Assembly: GCA_963829055.1 (NCBI GenBank)
Contig: CAWHHI010000008.1
Location: 32,001-96,000 of the forward strand
Direction: 5' to 3'
Source of the DNA: an uncultured Gemmatimonadaceae bacterium
GTDB lineage: Bacteria > Gemmatimonadota > Gemmatimonadetes > Gemmatimonadales > Gemmatimonadaceae
Length of the DNA: 64,000 bases
The notes beneath the pieces were generated by a model. That model was not told where the DNA came from, searched no databases, and saw only the letters and a program-made list of their open reading frames with translations. Position 1 is the first letter of the stretch; every line of letters begins with the position of its first letter. Positions 51,540-61,627 of the stretch are shown here, piece after piece. Made by a program: the position numbers and the translations under genes.

Positions 51540-51829
51540 AGGTCGGGATCTGCCCCATCTCCGCGCCGCGGACGCCAGCCGCGCGTGAAGCATTCGTGAG
51601 CACTCGTGAGCAAGCGTCAGATGACTCGGCTCGCGCGACAGCATAACTCAACTGTCCGCAAACGACAACGGACCGCCGGGCTCGACCGCTGTTGGCCCGC
51701 GACATGCCTGTGTCTGGTTCGCCACCGCGTGCAGTCGGCACTCTCGGTCCCACGCTGGGTAGATCAATTCAGGCCCGTGCAGCGAGACCACCCGCGCGTG
51801 TGGCCATCCCCAAACGGAGCCTTGCACTC

Positions 51830-52513
51830 ATGACACGTACCCTCGTCCGATTCCATAGAACGATCGCAATCACCGCCTGCGCCTCGCTGGCGTTGAGCGG
51901 GTGCGCGTCGCTCAACAACAAGGAAACAGCCGGCATCATCGGCGCCGCCGGAGGCGCCGTGGCCGGCGGAGCCATCGGCCGGGCCAATGGGTCCACCGCC
52001 AAGGGCGCCATCCTCGGCGCGGTTGTCGGAGGTGCCGCAGGCATGATCATCGGCCATCAAATGGACAAGCAGGCGGCAGAGTTGAAGCAGAACATCCCGG
52101 GTGCAATCGTCGAGCGCGTCGGCGAAGGTATCCAGGTCACGTTCGCGTCAGGGCTGTTGTTCGACTTCGACTCCGACGTCATCCGCGCCGACGCGAGAAC
52201 GAATCTCCGCAACCTCGCTGCGAGCCTCGACAAGTATCCAGGCTCCGAGTTGCTCATCGCCGGACACACCGACAGCGTCGGCACCGACTCGTACAACCTC
52301 GCGCTGTCGCAGCGACGCTCGGAGGCGGCCGTCGCATACCTCGCCGAGCAGGGCGTCAGTCGGTCGCGCATGACGTCGCGCGGCCTGGGCGAGACGGAGC
52401 CGGTCGCGCCTAACGAGAACGAGGCCGGACGCAGCAAGAATCGACGCGTCGAGGTCGCGATCTACGCCAGTGAGGCCCAGCGCGCAGAGGCAAAGCGGCA
52501 GGCCGGCAGCTGA
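51830..52513 (+). CDS. OmpA family lipoprotein with glycine zipper (YiaD-like)
   Basis: Lipobox LSGC; LFDFDS, IAGHTD..G..YN..LS.RR, GR.KNRRVEV. Confidence 0.93.
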   Translation: MTRTLVRFHRTIAITACASLALSGCASLNNKETAGIIGAAGGAVAGGAIGRANGSTAKGAILGAVVGGAAGMIIGHQMDKQAAELKQNIPGAIVERVGEGIQVTFASGLLFDFDSDVIRADARTNLRNLAASLDKYPGSELLIAGHTDSVGTDSYNLALSQRRSEAAVAYLAEQGVSRSRMTSRGLGETEPVAPNENEAGRSKNRRVEVAIYASEAQRAEAKRQAGS

Positions 52514-52585
52514 TCGACTTATGAATCGACGGGCGGGGTGACGGCGCGTCTCCGACGCGCCGTCACCCCGCACTGTCGTTCAGTG

Positions 52586-53384
52586 TCACTTCACGAGGCT
52601 CTGGCGCTCGAGCATCGCCCCGTACTCCCGATAGAGCGCGAAGATGCTGGTCGCCGCGCGTGTGTACGCCGCACGCGTGAGCTTGGACCCCGGGACGTCG
52701 CGCCACTCGTCCAGCGGCAGCTCGTACAGCCGGCGCGCGACGGCGGCCGTGCCGGCCGGACTCCGATCGATCAGACGTGCGAGAATCTCCACGTCGAACA
52801 GCCACGCGGTGTGAAACGGCTCGGCCAACACCGCGCGGAGCTCGTCGCTCGCGCGGAACATCTTCGCCCCGCACTGCGTGTCGTACACCGACAGTCGGAG
52901 AAGCTGCGACACCAGCGTCGCGAACACCCGGCCCAGGTAGTGACGCCACGCGTGTCGCTCGATCGTGCGGCCGAGCAGCTTCACGCGCGACCCGAGCACG
53001 ACGTCGATGTCCGGCCGCTCATCGAGCAGCTGGAGAAAACGCGAGAGCGCCGGGAGCGGAGTGGCGAGATCGGCGTCCCAGTAGCCAACAAAGTCCGCGT
53101 TCGTCGCGCAGCGCCTCGAGCATTCCGGTCCGTACCGCCTCGGCCTTGCCCTGGTTCGGCTGCTGGTCCCGCACGCGAACCGTATCAGGAGAGCCGCAGC
53201 GCACTTGCTGAAGCAAGTCGAGCGTGGCATTGCTGCTGCCGTCGTTGACGAACAGGAATTCGACCCAGTGTCCGGTCGAGCGGAACTGGGTGAACGCGCG
53301 GGCATTCAGTCGCCGAGCCTCGTTGAAGCACGGGACGACGACGATCGAATGGGGCAAATGCAGACCTTGGGAGACCTGGCTCAC
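52586..53384 (-). CDS. Family 2 glycosyltransferase (Dol-P-Glc/DPM-like; frameshifted)
   Basis: VVPCFNEA, FVNDGS, GKAEAVR.G, WDADLATP, DTQCGAKMF, WLFDVE. Confidence 0.9.
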
Positions 53385-53492
53385 GAACGACTGTCACCGG
53401 TCGGCGCGGTCGCATCGGTTCGCGCGGTTTCAGCGGCTTCGATTGTCCGATGACCGCAAATGAGTCGCCGAGCGCGGCAAAGGCAACGCAAC

Positions 53493-53521
53493 TTGTCGAT
53501 TCGGCCTATGTTCGGTATTTT
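53493..53521 (+). promoter_or_regulatory. Sigma70-like promoter with direct repeat in the spacer
   Basis: TTGTCG-N17-TATTTT, 5 nt before the GTG; spacer contains ATTC-N7-GTTC. Confidence 0.55.
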
Positions 53522-53526
53522 GCGGC

Positions 53527-54621
53527 GTGAGTCTCCGCACGCGAATTCCGCCCTCCGTCGGGCAGCAGTTGGTGCTACCGGAAGCGTCGTTGGAACCGCC
53601 GCTCCCGCTGCCGACGATAGGCGAACAGAAAGACATTCGCTACCACGCGGCGCGCGCGAAGGGGCTGCTCAACGGGCCAGAGTCCACCGGCATGGGCTAC
53701 TGGTCGATCAATCCGTACGTCGGCTGCGCCTTCGGGTGCACGTACTGCTATGCGCGGTACGCGCACCGCTACGCGCTCGACCGAGCGATCTCGTCATCCT
53801 CTCCGGGCGACGCGTTGCGCGACGAGATCGAGTCCATGCCGCCATGGCTCGCGTTCGAGCGCCACGTGCTCATCAAGGAGAACGCCGCCGCCGTCCTCGG
53901 CCAGGAGCTGCGGCCCGGCGGTGCGCGCCTCGCGGCACTCAAGGCTGGCGAGGTCGTGGTGGTTGGAACGGCAACCGACCCGTATCAGCCTGCTGAGCGG
54001 CGGTTCCGCATAACGCGAGGTGTCCTCGAGACGCTTGCCGAGCATGCGGGCCTGTCCATCGTCATCATCACCAAGAGTCCGCTCATCACGCGCGATGTCG
54101 ACGTGCTTCGTCGCATCGCCGATCGATCGGAGCTGACGATCCATCTGTCGCTGATCACGATGCGGCGCGAGCTCGCGCGGCTGATCGAGCCGAGAGCGCC
54201 GACGCCGGACGCGCGCATCCGCGCCCTGGCCCGCCTGCGTCGCGCCGACATCGACGTCGGGATCAACGTGATGCCCGTACTCCCGGGCATCACCGATAAC
54301 CCCGCGGACCTCGACGACCTGGTCCGCCAGGTCGCGGCCGCGGGCGCTACGCACGTCAACGCGTGTGCCCTACGACTGCGCAGCACGGCCCGCGCGCGCT
54401 ACCTGCCATTTATCGCCGAGCACTTTCCTCAGCTTGCGGACCGCTACGCATCGTCGTTCGCGAGGGGGCACCAGCTGAGTCAGCACTACCGCGATGGCCT
54501 CCGCCGTTTCTTCGACGACCTCTGCGCTCGCGTGGGGGTTCAGTTCGGGAGGCTCGACGATGATGGCGATCTCGCGTCCACCCAGCCGGTGCCGGCAGAA
54601 GCTCAGACGGAGCTGTTCTAG
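53527..54621 (+). CDS. Radical SAM protein (Rv2578c/SplB-like, DNA-repair associated)
   Basis: INPYVGCAFGCTYCYAR (CxxxCxxC), GTATDPYQPAE, ITKS.LI.RD, EPRAP..R. Confidence 0.92.
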   Translation: MSLRTRIPPSVGQQLVLPEASLEPPLPLPTIGEQKDIRYHAARAKGLLNGPESTGMGYWSINPYVGCAFGCTYCYARYAHRYALDRAISSSSPGDALRDEIESMPPWLAFERHVLIKENAAAVLGQELRPGGARLAALKAGEVVVVGTATDPYQPAERRFRITRGVLETLAEHAGLSIVIITKSPLITRDVDVLRRIADRSELTIHLSLITMRRELARLIEPRAPTPDARIRALARLRRADIDVGINVMPVLPGITDNPADLDDLVRQVAAAGATHVNACALRLRSTARARYLPFIAEHFPQLADRYASSFARGHQLSQHYRDGLRRFFDDLCARVGVQFGRLDDDGDLASTQPVPAEAQTELF

Positions 54622-54662
54622 CTGATAGCTGATCGCTGACAGCCCTACTAGCTTCTGTCCCC

Positions 54663-56597
54663 ATGTCTACGACCGCCATTCGCGACCAGCTTCGCGCCAT
54701 TTCGTTCCTCGACGGGCTCACGGATTCCGCCTACCACCAGCTCGCGCGTCTCGTGAACGGCGTGCGCTATGACACGGACGAGATCCTGTTCGAGGAGGGC
54801 GCGCCGCGCGCGTTCCTCGCCATGGTCGTGAACGGCGCCGTCGCCATAGAAAAGCAGATGAACGGGCGACCCATCCGCCTCGTCACGCTCGGTGCCGGAG
54901 AGGCCGTCGGCGAAGGTCTGCTGCTCGACGACTCGAAGCACGGTACCAGCGCCCGCGCCCTGCAGCCGACGGAGGTCTATGTCCTCCGGGCCGAGAAGGT
55001 CGCGGACATCATGAAGGAGCATCCGCAGTTGTATGCGGCGCTCATTGGCCGCGCCGCGCGTGCAATTTCTCAACGACTCGCCGCCACCGATGCGACCATC
55101 GTCGGCCGCGGCCGGACGCTAGGGTTCGGCGGCCATCACGTTCGCGTCGAGACCGATTTGCTCGGAGATCGCGAGATTCCCGATGAGGCGCTCTACGGCG
55201 TGCAGACGCTGCGCGCGCTCGAGAACTTCCCGATCACCGGCATCGCGCTCAGAGAATTTCCGTCGCTGGTAGAAGCGTTGGCTGCTGTGAAGGAAGCCGC
55301 CGCGCTCGCGAACGCCGAGCTGGGTCTGCTGAGTCCGGAGATCGCGGACGCAATCGTGCGAGCCGCGCGCGAGATCCGCACCGGGCGTCATCACGAGCAT
55401 TTCGTCGTCGACATGGTGCAGGGCGGCGCCGGCACCTCGACGAACATGAACGCGAATGAAGTCATCGCGAACCGCGCGCTCGAGCTGCTCGGTCGCCCGC
55501 GCGGTGATTATGCGACGATCAGCCCGAACACGCACGTCAACCTCAGTCAGTCGACGAACGACGTCTACCCCACCGCGGTGAAGCTCGCGCTGCATTCGGG
55601 CATTGAGTCGCTCCGCGCCGCGATGCGCGAGATCTGCGACGCGTTTCTCAGGAAGGGTGATGAGTTCAACGGGTTCCTGAAGATGGGCCGCACGCAGTTG
55701 CAGGACGCAGTGCCGATGACCCTGGGTCAGGAGTTCGCAGCGTTCGCGCATACCATCCTCGAGGACGTCGACAGACTCGGTGAAGCGCAGGCGCTGATTC
55801 GCGAGATCAATATGGGAGCGACTGCGATCGGAACGCGGATCAACGCGCCCGAGGGCTACGCGGAATCCGTGCGGCGTCACCTGTCCACCGTGTCCGGCCT
55901 CGAGCTCATCACCGCGCCGGACCTCGTCGAGGCGACAGCCGATACCGGCTCGTTCGTTCAGCTATCGGGCGTGCTCAAGCGCTGCGCCGTGAAGATCTCG
56001 AAGATCTGCAACGATCTTCGATTGCTGAGCTCAGGTCCCCGGGCGGGACTCGGCGAGATCAACTTGCCGCCGATGCAACCGGGGTCCTCGATCATGCCGG
56101 GCAAAGTGAACCCGGTGATTCCGGAAGTCGTGAATCAGGTGTGCTTCGATGTGATCGGCGGCGACGTGACGGTAACGATGGCGGCCGAGGCGGGTCAGCT
56201 TCAGCTGAATGTCTTCGAGCCCATCATCGCCTATCGACTGCTGTACGGGCTCGACTCGATGAAGCAGGCGTTCACGGTGCTTCGCACCCGATGCGTGGAC
56301 GGCATCACCGCCAACCCGGACCGCATGCGCTGGTTCGTCGAGAACTCGATCGGCATCGTCACCGCGCTCGTGCCGGTGCTCGGCTACGAGAAGGCGACGG
56401 AGATCGCGAAGGAAGCGTTGGCGACCGGGCGTGGCGTGTACGATCTCGTCTGTGATCGTGGACTCATGACGCGCGCCGATCTGGATCACGTGCTCGATCC
56501 GCGGTCAATGACCGGTACGTTTCCGGTCGAGCAAGTCATCGCGGCGCCCGTGCCACTCAGTGGAGGCGCCGGCACGGATCGCGGCGAACGCGGCTGA
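54663..56597 (+). CDS. aspA: Aspartate ammonia-lyase with N-terminal cyclic-nucleotide-binding domain
   Basis: YGVQTLRA.ENF, QGGAGTSTNMN.NE, SQSTND, KMGRTQLQDA, GSSIMPGKVNPVIPE; N-terminal LFEEG..G.V.I..GAGEAVGE. Confidence 0.93.
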   Translation: MSTTAIRDQLRAISFLDGLTDSAYHQLARLVNGVRYDTDEILFEEGAPRAFLAMVVNGAVAIEKQMNGRPIRLVTLGAGEAVGEGLLLDDSKHGTSARALQPTEVYVLRAEKVADIMKEHPQLYAALIGRAARAISQRLAATDATIVGRGRTLGFGGHHVRVETDLLGDREIPDEALYGVQTLRALENFPITGIALREFPSLVEALAAVKEAAALANAELGLLSPEIADAIVRAAREIRTGRHHEHFVVDMVQGGAGTSTNMNANEVIANRALELLGRPRGDYATISPNTHVNLSQSTNDVYPTAVKLALHSGIESLRAAMREICDAFLRKGDEFNGFLKMGRTQLQDAVPMTLGQEFAAFAHTILEDVDRLGEAQALIREINMGATAIGTRINAPEGYAESVRRHLSTVSGLELITAPDLVEATADTGSFVQLSGVLKRCAVKISKICNDLRLLSSGPRAGLGEINLPPMQPGSSIMPGKVNPVIPEVVNQVCFDVIGGDVTVTMAAEAGQLQLNVFEPIIAYRLLYGLDSMKQAFTVLRTRCVDGITANPDRMRWFVENSIGIVTALVPVLGYEKATEIAKEALATGRGVYDLVCDRGLMTRADLDHVLDPRSMTGTFPVEQVIAAPVPLSGGAGTDRGERG

Positions 56598-56641
56598 TTC
56601 AGCGCCACGGTCGTCACGTTCATCGGCGCCGGATCCGCTGA

Positions 56642-57700
56642 ATGCCGCGTCGTCGCAAGCGGCTCGATGCCTCGTCGTTCGAGCTTCCGGCTGAAGAACT
56701 GCGTCGCGGCGCATTCTCGCACGCGAGCGCGGTGTGGGCGCGCGATGTGCTCATCGCCGACGGTCGATCGCCACTCGCGACCGTGCAATTCGCCAGTGAG
56801 CAGTCGGGGTTACTCGGTGGCATTGATGAAGCTGTTGCCGTGTTGAAGGTGGGTATCGAGGACTGGTCGCAGCTGAGCGTGCAGGCGCTCTACGATGGTG
56901 ATCGCATCGAGGCCGACGAGACGGTGATGAGCGTCGACGGTCGGTTCGATCAGTTCGCGCACCTCGCGCCACTCTGCGTTGGCGTTCTCTCGCGGCGCAC
57001 GCGCGTGTCGACGAACGCGCGCAGCTTGGTGGAAGCAGCGCGGCCCAAACCGGTGATGACGCTGCCGGCGCGCAACGATCACTGGCTGTTGCAGCGCGGC
57101 GATGCGTTCGCGGCGCAGATCGGCGGCACCATGCAGCTCACGGGCGCCGCGCAGAGCTCGCGGAGCCAACCGCCGCTCATGCTCGTGCCTCACGGGCTCG
57201 TTGCGGCATACGGTGGCGACACTGTGGCCGCGGTCCGCGCGTGCGTCGCGCACACGCCCGACCGCACGATGCTGGTCGTGCCCGTAGATTACGACAACGA
57301 TTCCGTCGCGACCGCACTCGCCATCGCGCGTTCGCAGGAAAGCCGCGTCTGGGGCGTGCAGCTTGCGACGTCGGAACACCTCGTCGACCAGTCGATCATT
57401 CCGGTGATGGGTGGCTTCGTGCCCACTGGGGTGAACCCACAGCTCGTGTGGAACGTGCGCAATGCACTCGACGCCGAGGGATTTGGGGACATCAAGATTC
57501 TCGTGTCGGGCTCGATCACGGTGTCGCGCATTCGCGAATTCGAAGACAACGGCGTGCCTGTCGACGCATACGGCGTGGGCAGCGCATTGACGAGCGGTCG
57601 ATTCAGCTTCGTCGCGGACGTCGTGATGCTCGACGGCGCGGCGCACGCGCGCGCCGGCCGCACGCTCAAGCCCAACCCGCGGATGGAGCGCGTGCGATGA
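56642..57700 (+). CDS. Nicotinate/quinolinate phosphoribosyltransferase-like protein (degenerate motifs)
   Basis: L.GIDEA, ALYDGD.I, PARNDHW, PH.L.AAYGGDT, GVNPQLV..VR.ALD..GF..KILVSG, PVDAYGVGS. Confidence 0.8.
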   Translation: MPRRRKRLDASSFELPAEELRRGAFSHASAVWARDVLIADGRSPLATVQFASEQSGLLGGIDEAVAVLKVGIEDWSQLSVQALYDGDRIEADETVMSVDGRFDQFAHLAPLCVGVLSRRTRVSTNARSLVEAARPKPVMTLPARNDHWLLQRGDAFAAQIGGTMQLTGAAQSSRSQPPLMLVPHGLVAAYGGDTVAAVRACVAHTPDRTMLVVPVDYDNDSVATALAIARSQESRVWGVQLATSEHLVDQSIIPVMGGFVPTGVNPQLVWNVRNALDAEGFGDIKILVSGSITVSRIREFEDNGVPVDAYGVGSALTSGRFSFVADVVMLDGAAHARAGRTLKPNPRMERVR

Positions 57701-57703
57701 GCC

Positions 57704-58165
57704 ATGTCTAGTGGTCCAACACTCGATGGCGCTGGCATGGCCAAGTTGGAGACGCTCGAGACCGCGAGCGGCCAGCTGCAACGACTGCACGGCATCGTCG
57801 AACAGATGGCGATGGCGATGCGTGCGCAGCAGAACACCTCGCAGATCGGCGCGCAGATGCGGCGGGCCGGTAGTCCGATGGTCGGTCTACTCAAAGGGCA
57901 GTTCGGAATGATTGCGGATCAGGTGACTGCGCTGCTCCTGGTGTCCACGCGCGGCGGCGGGGAGCAGACGAAGCTGCGATCGATGCGGGAGGGGATCGCG
58001 CAGGTGCGCACCGCACTGGAGATCGCGATCGCGAAGACCAAGGAGAAGCACACCGTGTCCAATGAGCCCGAACGCGTGAAACACGTTGCACACGTTGCAC
58101 ATTGCGGACTTCCGCTGCTTGATTCGACTGTAGGGGTCCAATACCTTGCATTGGCTATTCAATAA
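57704..58165 (+). CDS. Small helical hypothetical protein (3' end uncertain)
   Basis: Follows the upstream stop by 3 nt; coding-like until a 9-bp repeat near 58080. Confidence 0.6.
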   Translation: MSSGPTLDGAGMAKLETLETASGQLQRLHGIVEQMAMAMRAQQNTSQIGAQMRRAGSPMVGLLKGQFGMIADQVTALLLVSTRGGGEQTKLRSMREGIAQVRTALEIAIAKTKEKHTVSNEPERVKHVAHVAHCGLPLLDSTVGVQYLALAIQ

Positions 58166-58225
58166 GAGCCGTGACACCGCGGGTCGTGTGCGGTGCCCTT
58201 CATAACGCCGGTTCTCGTGACACGA

Positions 58226-59566
58226 ATGCACTGGAAGATTCGTCCGCGCCAGCTCGCTTCGATCGCCGTCATCGCACTGCTCGTGGTGGCCATCGCCGCG
58301 TGTGGAACGTACGGCAAGAGCTACCCCAACTCGACGTTCAACAACACGACCGAGTTCAACACGGCGATCAAGTCGCTCTGGGACAAGCTGCTGTTCTGGG
58401 GAACGCTGGTGTTCGTGATCGTCGAAGGCATTCTCATCTACACGATCATTCGCTTCCGTCGTCGAAGCGATGCGGATGAGCCGCAGCACGTCCACGGCAA
58501 CACGGTCCTCGAGATCGCGTGGACGATCGCGCCGGCCGTCATTCTCGTCTTCATTGCCATCCCAACCGTCCGCACGATCTTCCGCACGCAGGCGCGCGCG
58601 GTACCGAACGCGCTGCAGGTCGAGGTCGTCGGACACCAGTGGTGGTGGGAGTTCCGCTACCCGCAGTACACCACGCCGTCCGCGATGCCTGGCCGCGTGG
58701 ACACGCTGGTCACCGCCAACGATCTGTATCTGCCCATCGGTCGGACTGTGAACTTCACGCTCAGAACGAAGGACGTCCTGCATTCGTTCTGGATTCCGCA
58801 GCTCGGCGGGAAGCGTGACCTCATCACGAACCACACGAACTATCTGTGGTTCACGCCCGACTCGTCGCTCACGACGAGCGTGTTCAACGGCAGCTGCAAC
58901 GAGTACTGCGGCGCATCGCACGCGAACATGCGCTTCCGGACGTTTGTGGTGACGCCCACGGAGTTCGAAGGCTGGGTGTCGCATCAGCTCACGCCGGCCG
59001 CGTTTGCCGCGGCGCCTCCAGCGCCGCCGGCCGCAGCGCCACCGGCAGACTCGACGCGTGGTGCTGCGACAGCGAGACAGACCGCGGCTACGGCCGCGCC
59101 CGTGCCCGTGACGCCCGCGGTCGCCGTGGCTCAACAGCCAGCGGGCTACACGTTCCCCATGGCGTCGCTGCCGGACCACGCGACGCCGCACACGGGAGTG
59201 CCCTCGGGTCTCACGTTCCCGGACGGGATCACCGGCGACGCTCAGCGAGGCGCGCGGCAGTTCTCCCAGAGCGCCTGCATTGGCTGTCACGCGATTCGCG
59301 GCACGATGGCGTCATCTCCCATTGGCCCGAATCTCACGCACATCGGCAGTCGCTCGACTATCGCCGCCGGCATCTACCCTAACGACACGCGGCACCTTCG
59401 CCTCTGGATCAAGAACGCGCGGCTCATGAAGCCCGGGTCGGCAATGCCGACGCTTGGCCTCGGGCAGCGCGATCCGATCACGGGCGCTGCGGTCACGGCA
59501 GGGCTGGGCGGGCTCAGCGACCAGCAGATCGCGGATATCGTCGCGTACCTGCAGGCCCTGCGGTAG
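58226..59566 (+). CDS. coxB: Cytochrome c oxidase subunit II with fused cytochrome c (caa3 type)
   Basis: LEIAWT, GHQWWWEF.Y, DVLHSFW, CNEYCGASHANM (CuA), CIGCH heme motif. Confidence 0.96.
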   Translation: MHWKIRPRQLASIAVIALLVVAIAACGTYGKSYPNSTFNNTTEFNTAIKSLWDKLLFWGTLVFVIVEGILIYTIIRFRRRSDADEPQHVHGNTVLEIAWTIAPAVILVFIAIPTVRTIFRTQARAVPNALQVEVVGHQWWWEFRYPQYTTPSAMPGRVDTLVTANDLYLPIGRTVNFTLRTKDVLHSFWIPQLGGKRDLITNHTNYLWFTPDSSLTTSVFNGSCNEYCGASHANMRFRTFVVTPTEFEGWVSHQLTPAAFAAAPPAPPAAAPPADSTRGAATARQTAATAAPVPVTPAVAVAQQPAGYTFPMASLPDHATPHTGVPSGLTFPDGITGDAQRGARQFSQSACIGCHAIRGTMASSPIGPNLTHIGSRSTIAAGIYPNDTRHLRLWIKNARLMKPGSAMPTLGLGQRDPITGAAVTAGLGGLSDQQIADIVAYLQALR

Positions 59567-59665
59567 TCTGACATTCGTCAGATCGTTCGCACCACGAACC
59601 GATCGCCCCCGACGCACCTAACGACAGCGATCGACTTCTCACCCTCGTAGCAAACCGACGACCCC

Positions 59666-61595
59666 ATGGCCACTGTCGCTGCATCGCCGACGTACGCTGG
59701 TTCACACTCCGGAGAAGAGACCGGGCTGTGGAGCTGGCTGACCACGGTCGACCACAAGCGGATCGGGGTGCTGTACCTCTACACCTCGCTCTTCTTCTTC
59801 CTGTTCGGCGGACTCGAGGCCGTTCTCATCCGCGCGCAGCTCGCGCGTCCCGAACGAGACGCTCGTGTCGGCTGAGATGTACAATCAGCTGTTCACGATG
59901 CACGGGACGACGATGGTGTTCCTCGCCATCATGCCCCTGTCTGCGGCGTTCTTCAACTTCCTCATTCCGCTGCAGATCGGCGCGCGCGACGTCGCGTTCC
60001 CGCGACTGAACGCGTTCAGCTACTGGGTCTATCTGTTCGGCGGCCTGTTCATCACGTTCCCGATCTTCTTCAGCGTCGCGCCGGACGGCGGCTGGTTCGG
60101 TTACGCCCCACTGACCACGCGTCAGTTCTCGCAGGGCCTGAACATCGACTTCTGGGTGCTCGGCCTGCAGATCCTCGGCATCTCGTCGCTCGCGGCCGCG
60201 TTCAACTTCATCACGACGATCATCAATCTGCGCGCACCAGGGATGAACCTGATGCGCATGCCGATGTTCACGTGGATGTCGTTCGTCGTGCAGTTCCTGA
60301 TCGTGCTCGCGTTCCCGGTGATCACGATCGCGCTCGTGTTCCTGCAGTTCGACCGCTTCTTCGGTACGAACTTCTACAACATTGGCGCCGGCGGCGACCC
60401 GCTGCTCTGGCAGCACCTGTTCTGGATCTTCGGTCATCCAGAGGTCTACATCCTGATCCTGCCGGCGTTCGGACTCGTGTCCGAGGTGTTGCCGACGAAC
60501 TCCAAGAAGCCACTGTTCGGATACCCGGTCATGGTGTACTCGGGCATCCTCATCGGCTTCCTTGGCTTCGGCGTGTGGGCACACCACATGTTCTCGGTCG
60601 GCATGGGGCCGATCGCCGACACCGTCTTCGGACTCACGACGCTGCTCATCGCCATCCCGACGGGCGTGAAGATCTTCAACTGGATCTTCACGATGTGGGG
60701 CGGCTCCATCCGCTTCACGGCCGCGATGAAGTTCGCGATCGGGCTCGTCGCGCTGTTCACGATCGGTGGCATCTCCGGCGTATCGCACGCGTCACCGCCG
60801 GCCGACCTTCAGCAGACGGACACGTACTACATCGTCGCCCACTTCCACTACGTGCTGTTCGGTGGGTCGATCATGGGCATCTTCGCCGGCATCTATCACT
60901 ACTTCCCGAAGATGTTCGGCCGCATGATGAACGAGCGGCTCGGCACCTGGCATTTCTGGCTGAACTTCATCGCGATGAACCTGACGTTCTTCCCGATGCA
61001 CTTCTCCGGACTGCTCGGCATGCCGCGCCGTATCTACACGTACGATGCCGGTCAGGGCTGGGACACGTTCAACATGCTCTCGAGCATCGGCGCGTTCATG
61101 CTCGTGATCGCGACGGCGATCTTCGTCTGGAATTTCTTCCGCAGCAAAGCGACCGGGCCGATCGCGCCTGACAATCCGTGGGATGCCGCGACACTCGAGT
61201 GGTCGATTCCGTCGCCACCGCCCGAGTACAACTTCGCGGAGATCCCGCTCGTCGAGTCACGGTATCCGCTGTGGGACCTGACACACCCCGAGCGCACGTC
61301 CGAGATCCCGCACACGCACGACGCGTGGACGGACCACGAGAAGGAAGCGGACGCAAAGCCGGTGCACATCGAAACGGAACGTCGCACGGCGAAGGAGCTT
61401 GGCATCCCAATGCCGTTGCCGACCATCAAGCCGCTATTCGTGGCGGCGAGCATCATCGTCATGTTCTCTGGCCTCATCTTCATTCACCTGGAGAACAAGG
61501 CGGTCGCGTTCACGCTCATATTCGGCGGCGCGGCAGGGCTCATCGGTTTCCTGTATGCCTGGCTGCTGAGCCCTCTCGAAGAAGCCCACCACTAG
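59666..61595 (+). CDS. coxA: Cytochrome c oxidase subunit I (frameshift near 59850)
   Basis: [44 protein letters not shown]. Confidence 0.96.
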
Positions 61596-61627
61596 TTCAG
61601 TCTGTTCACTAGATCTCCACGAGACGA

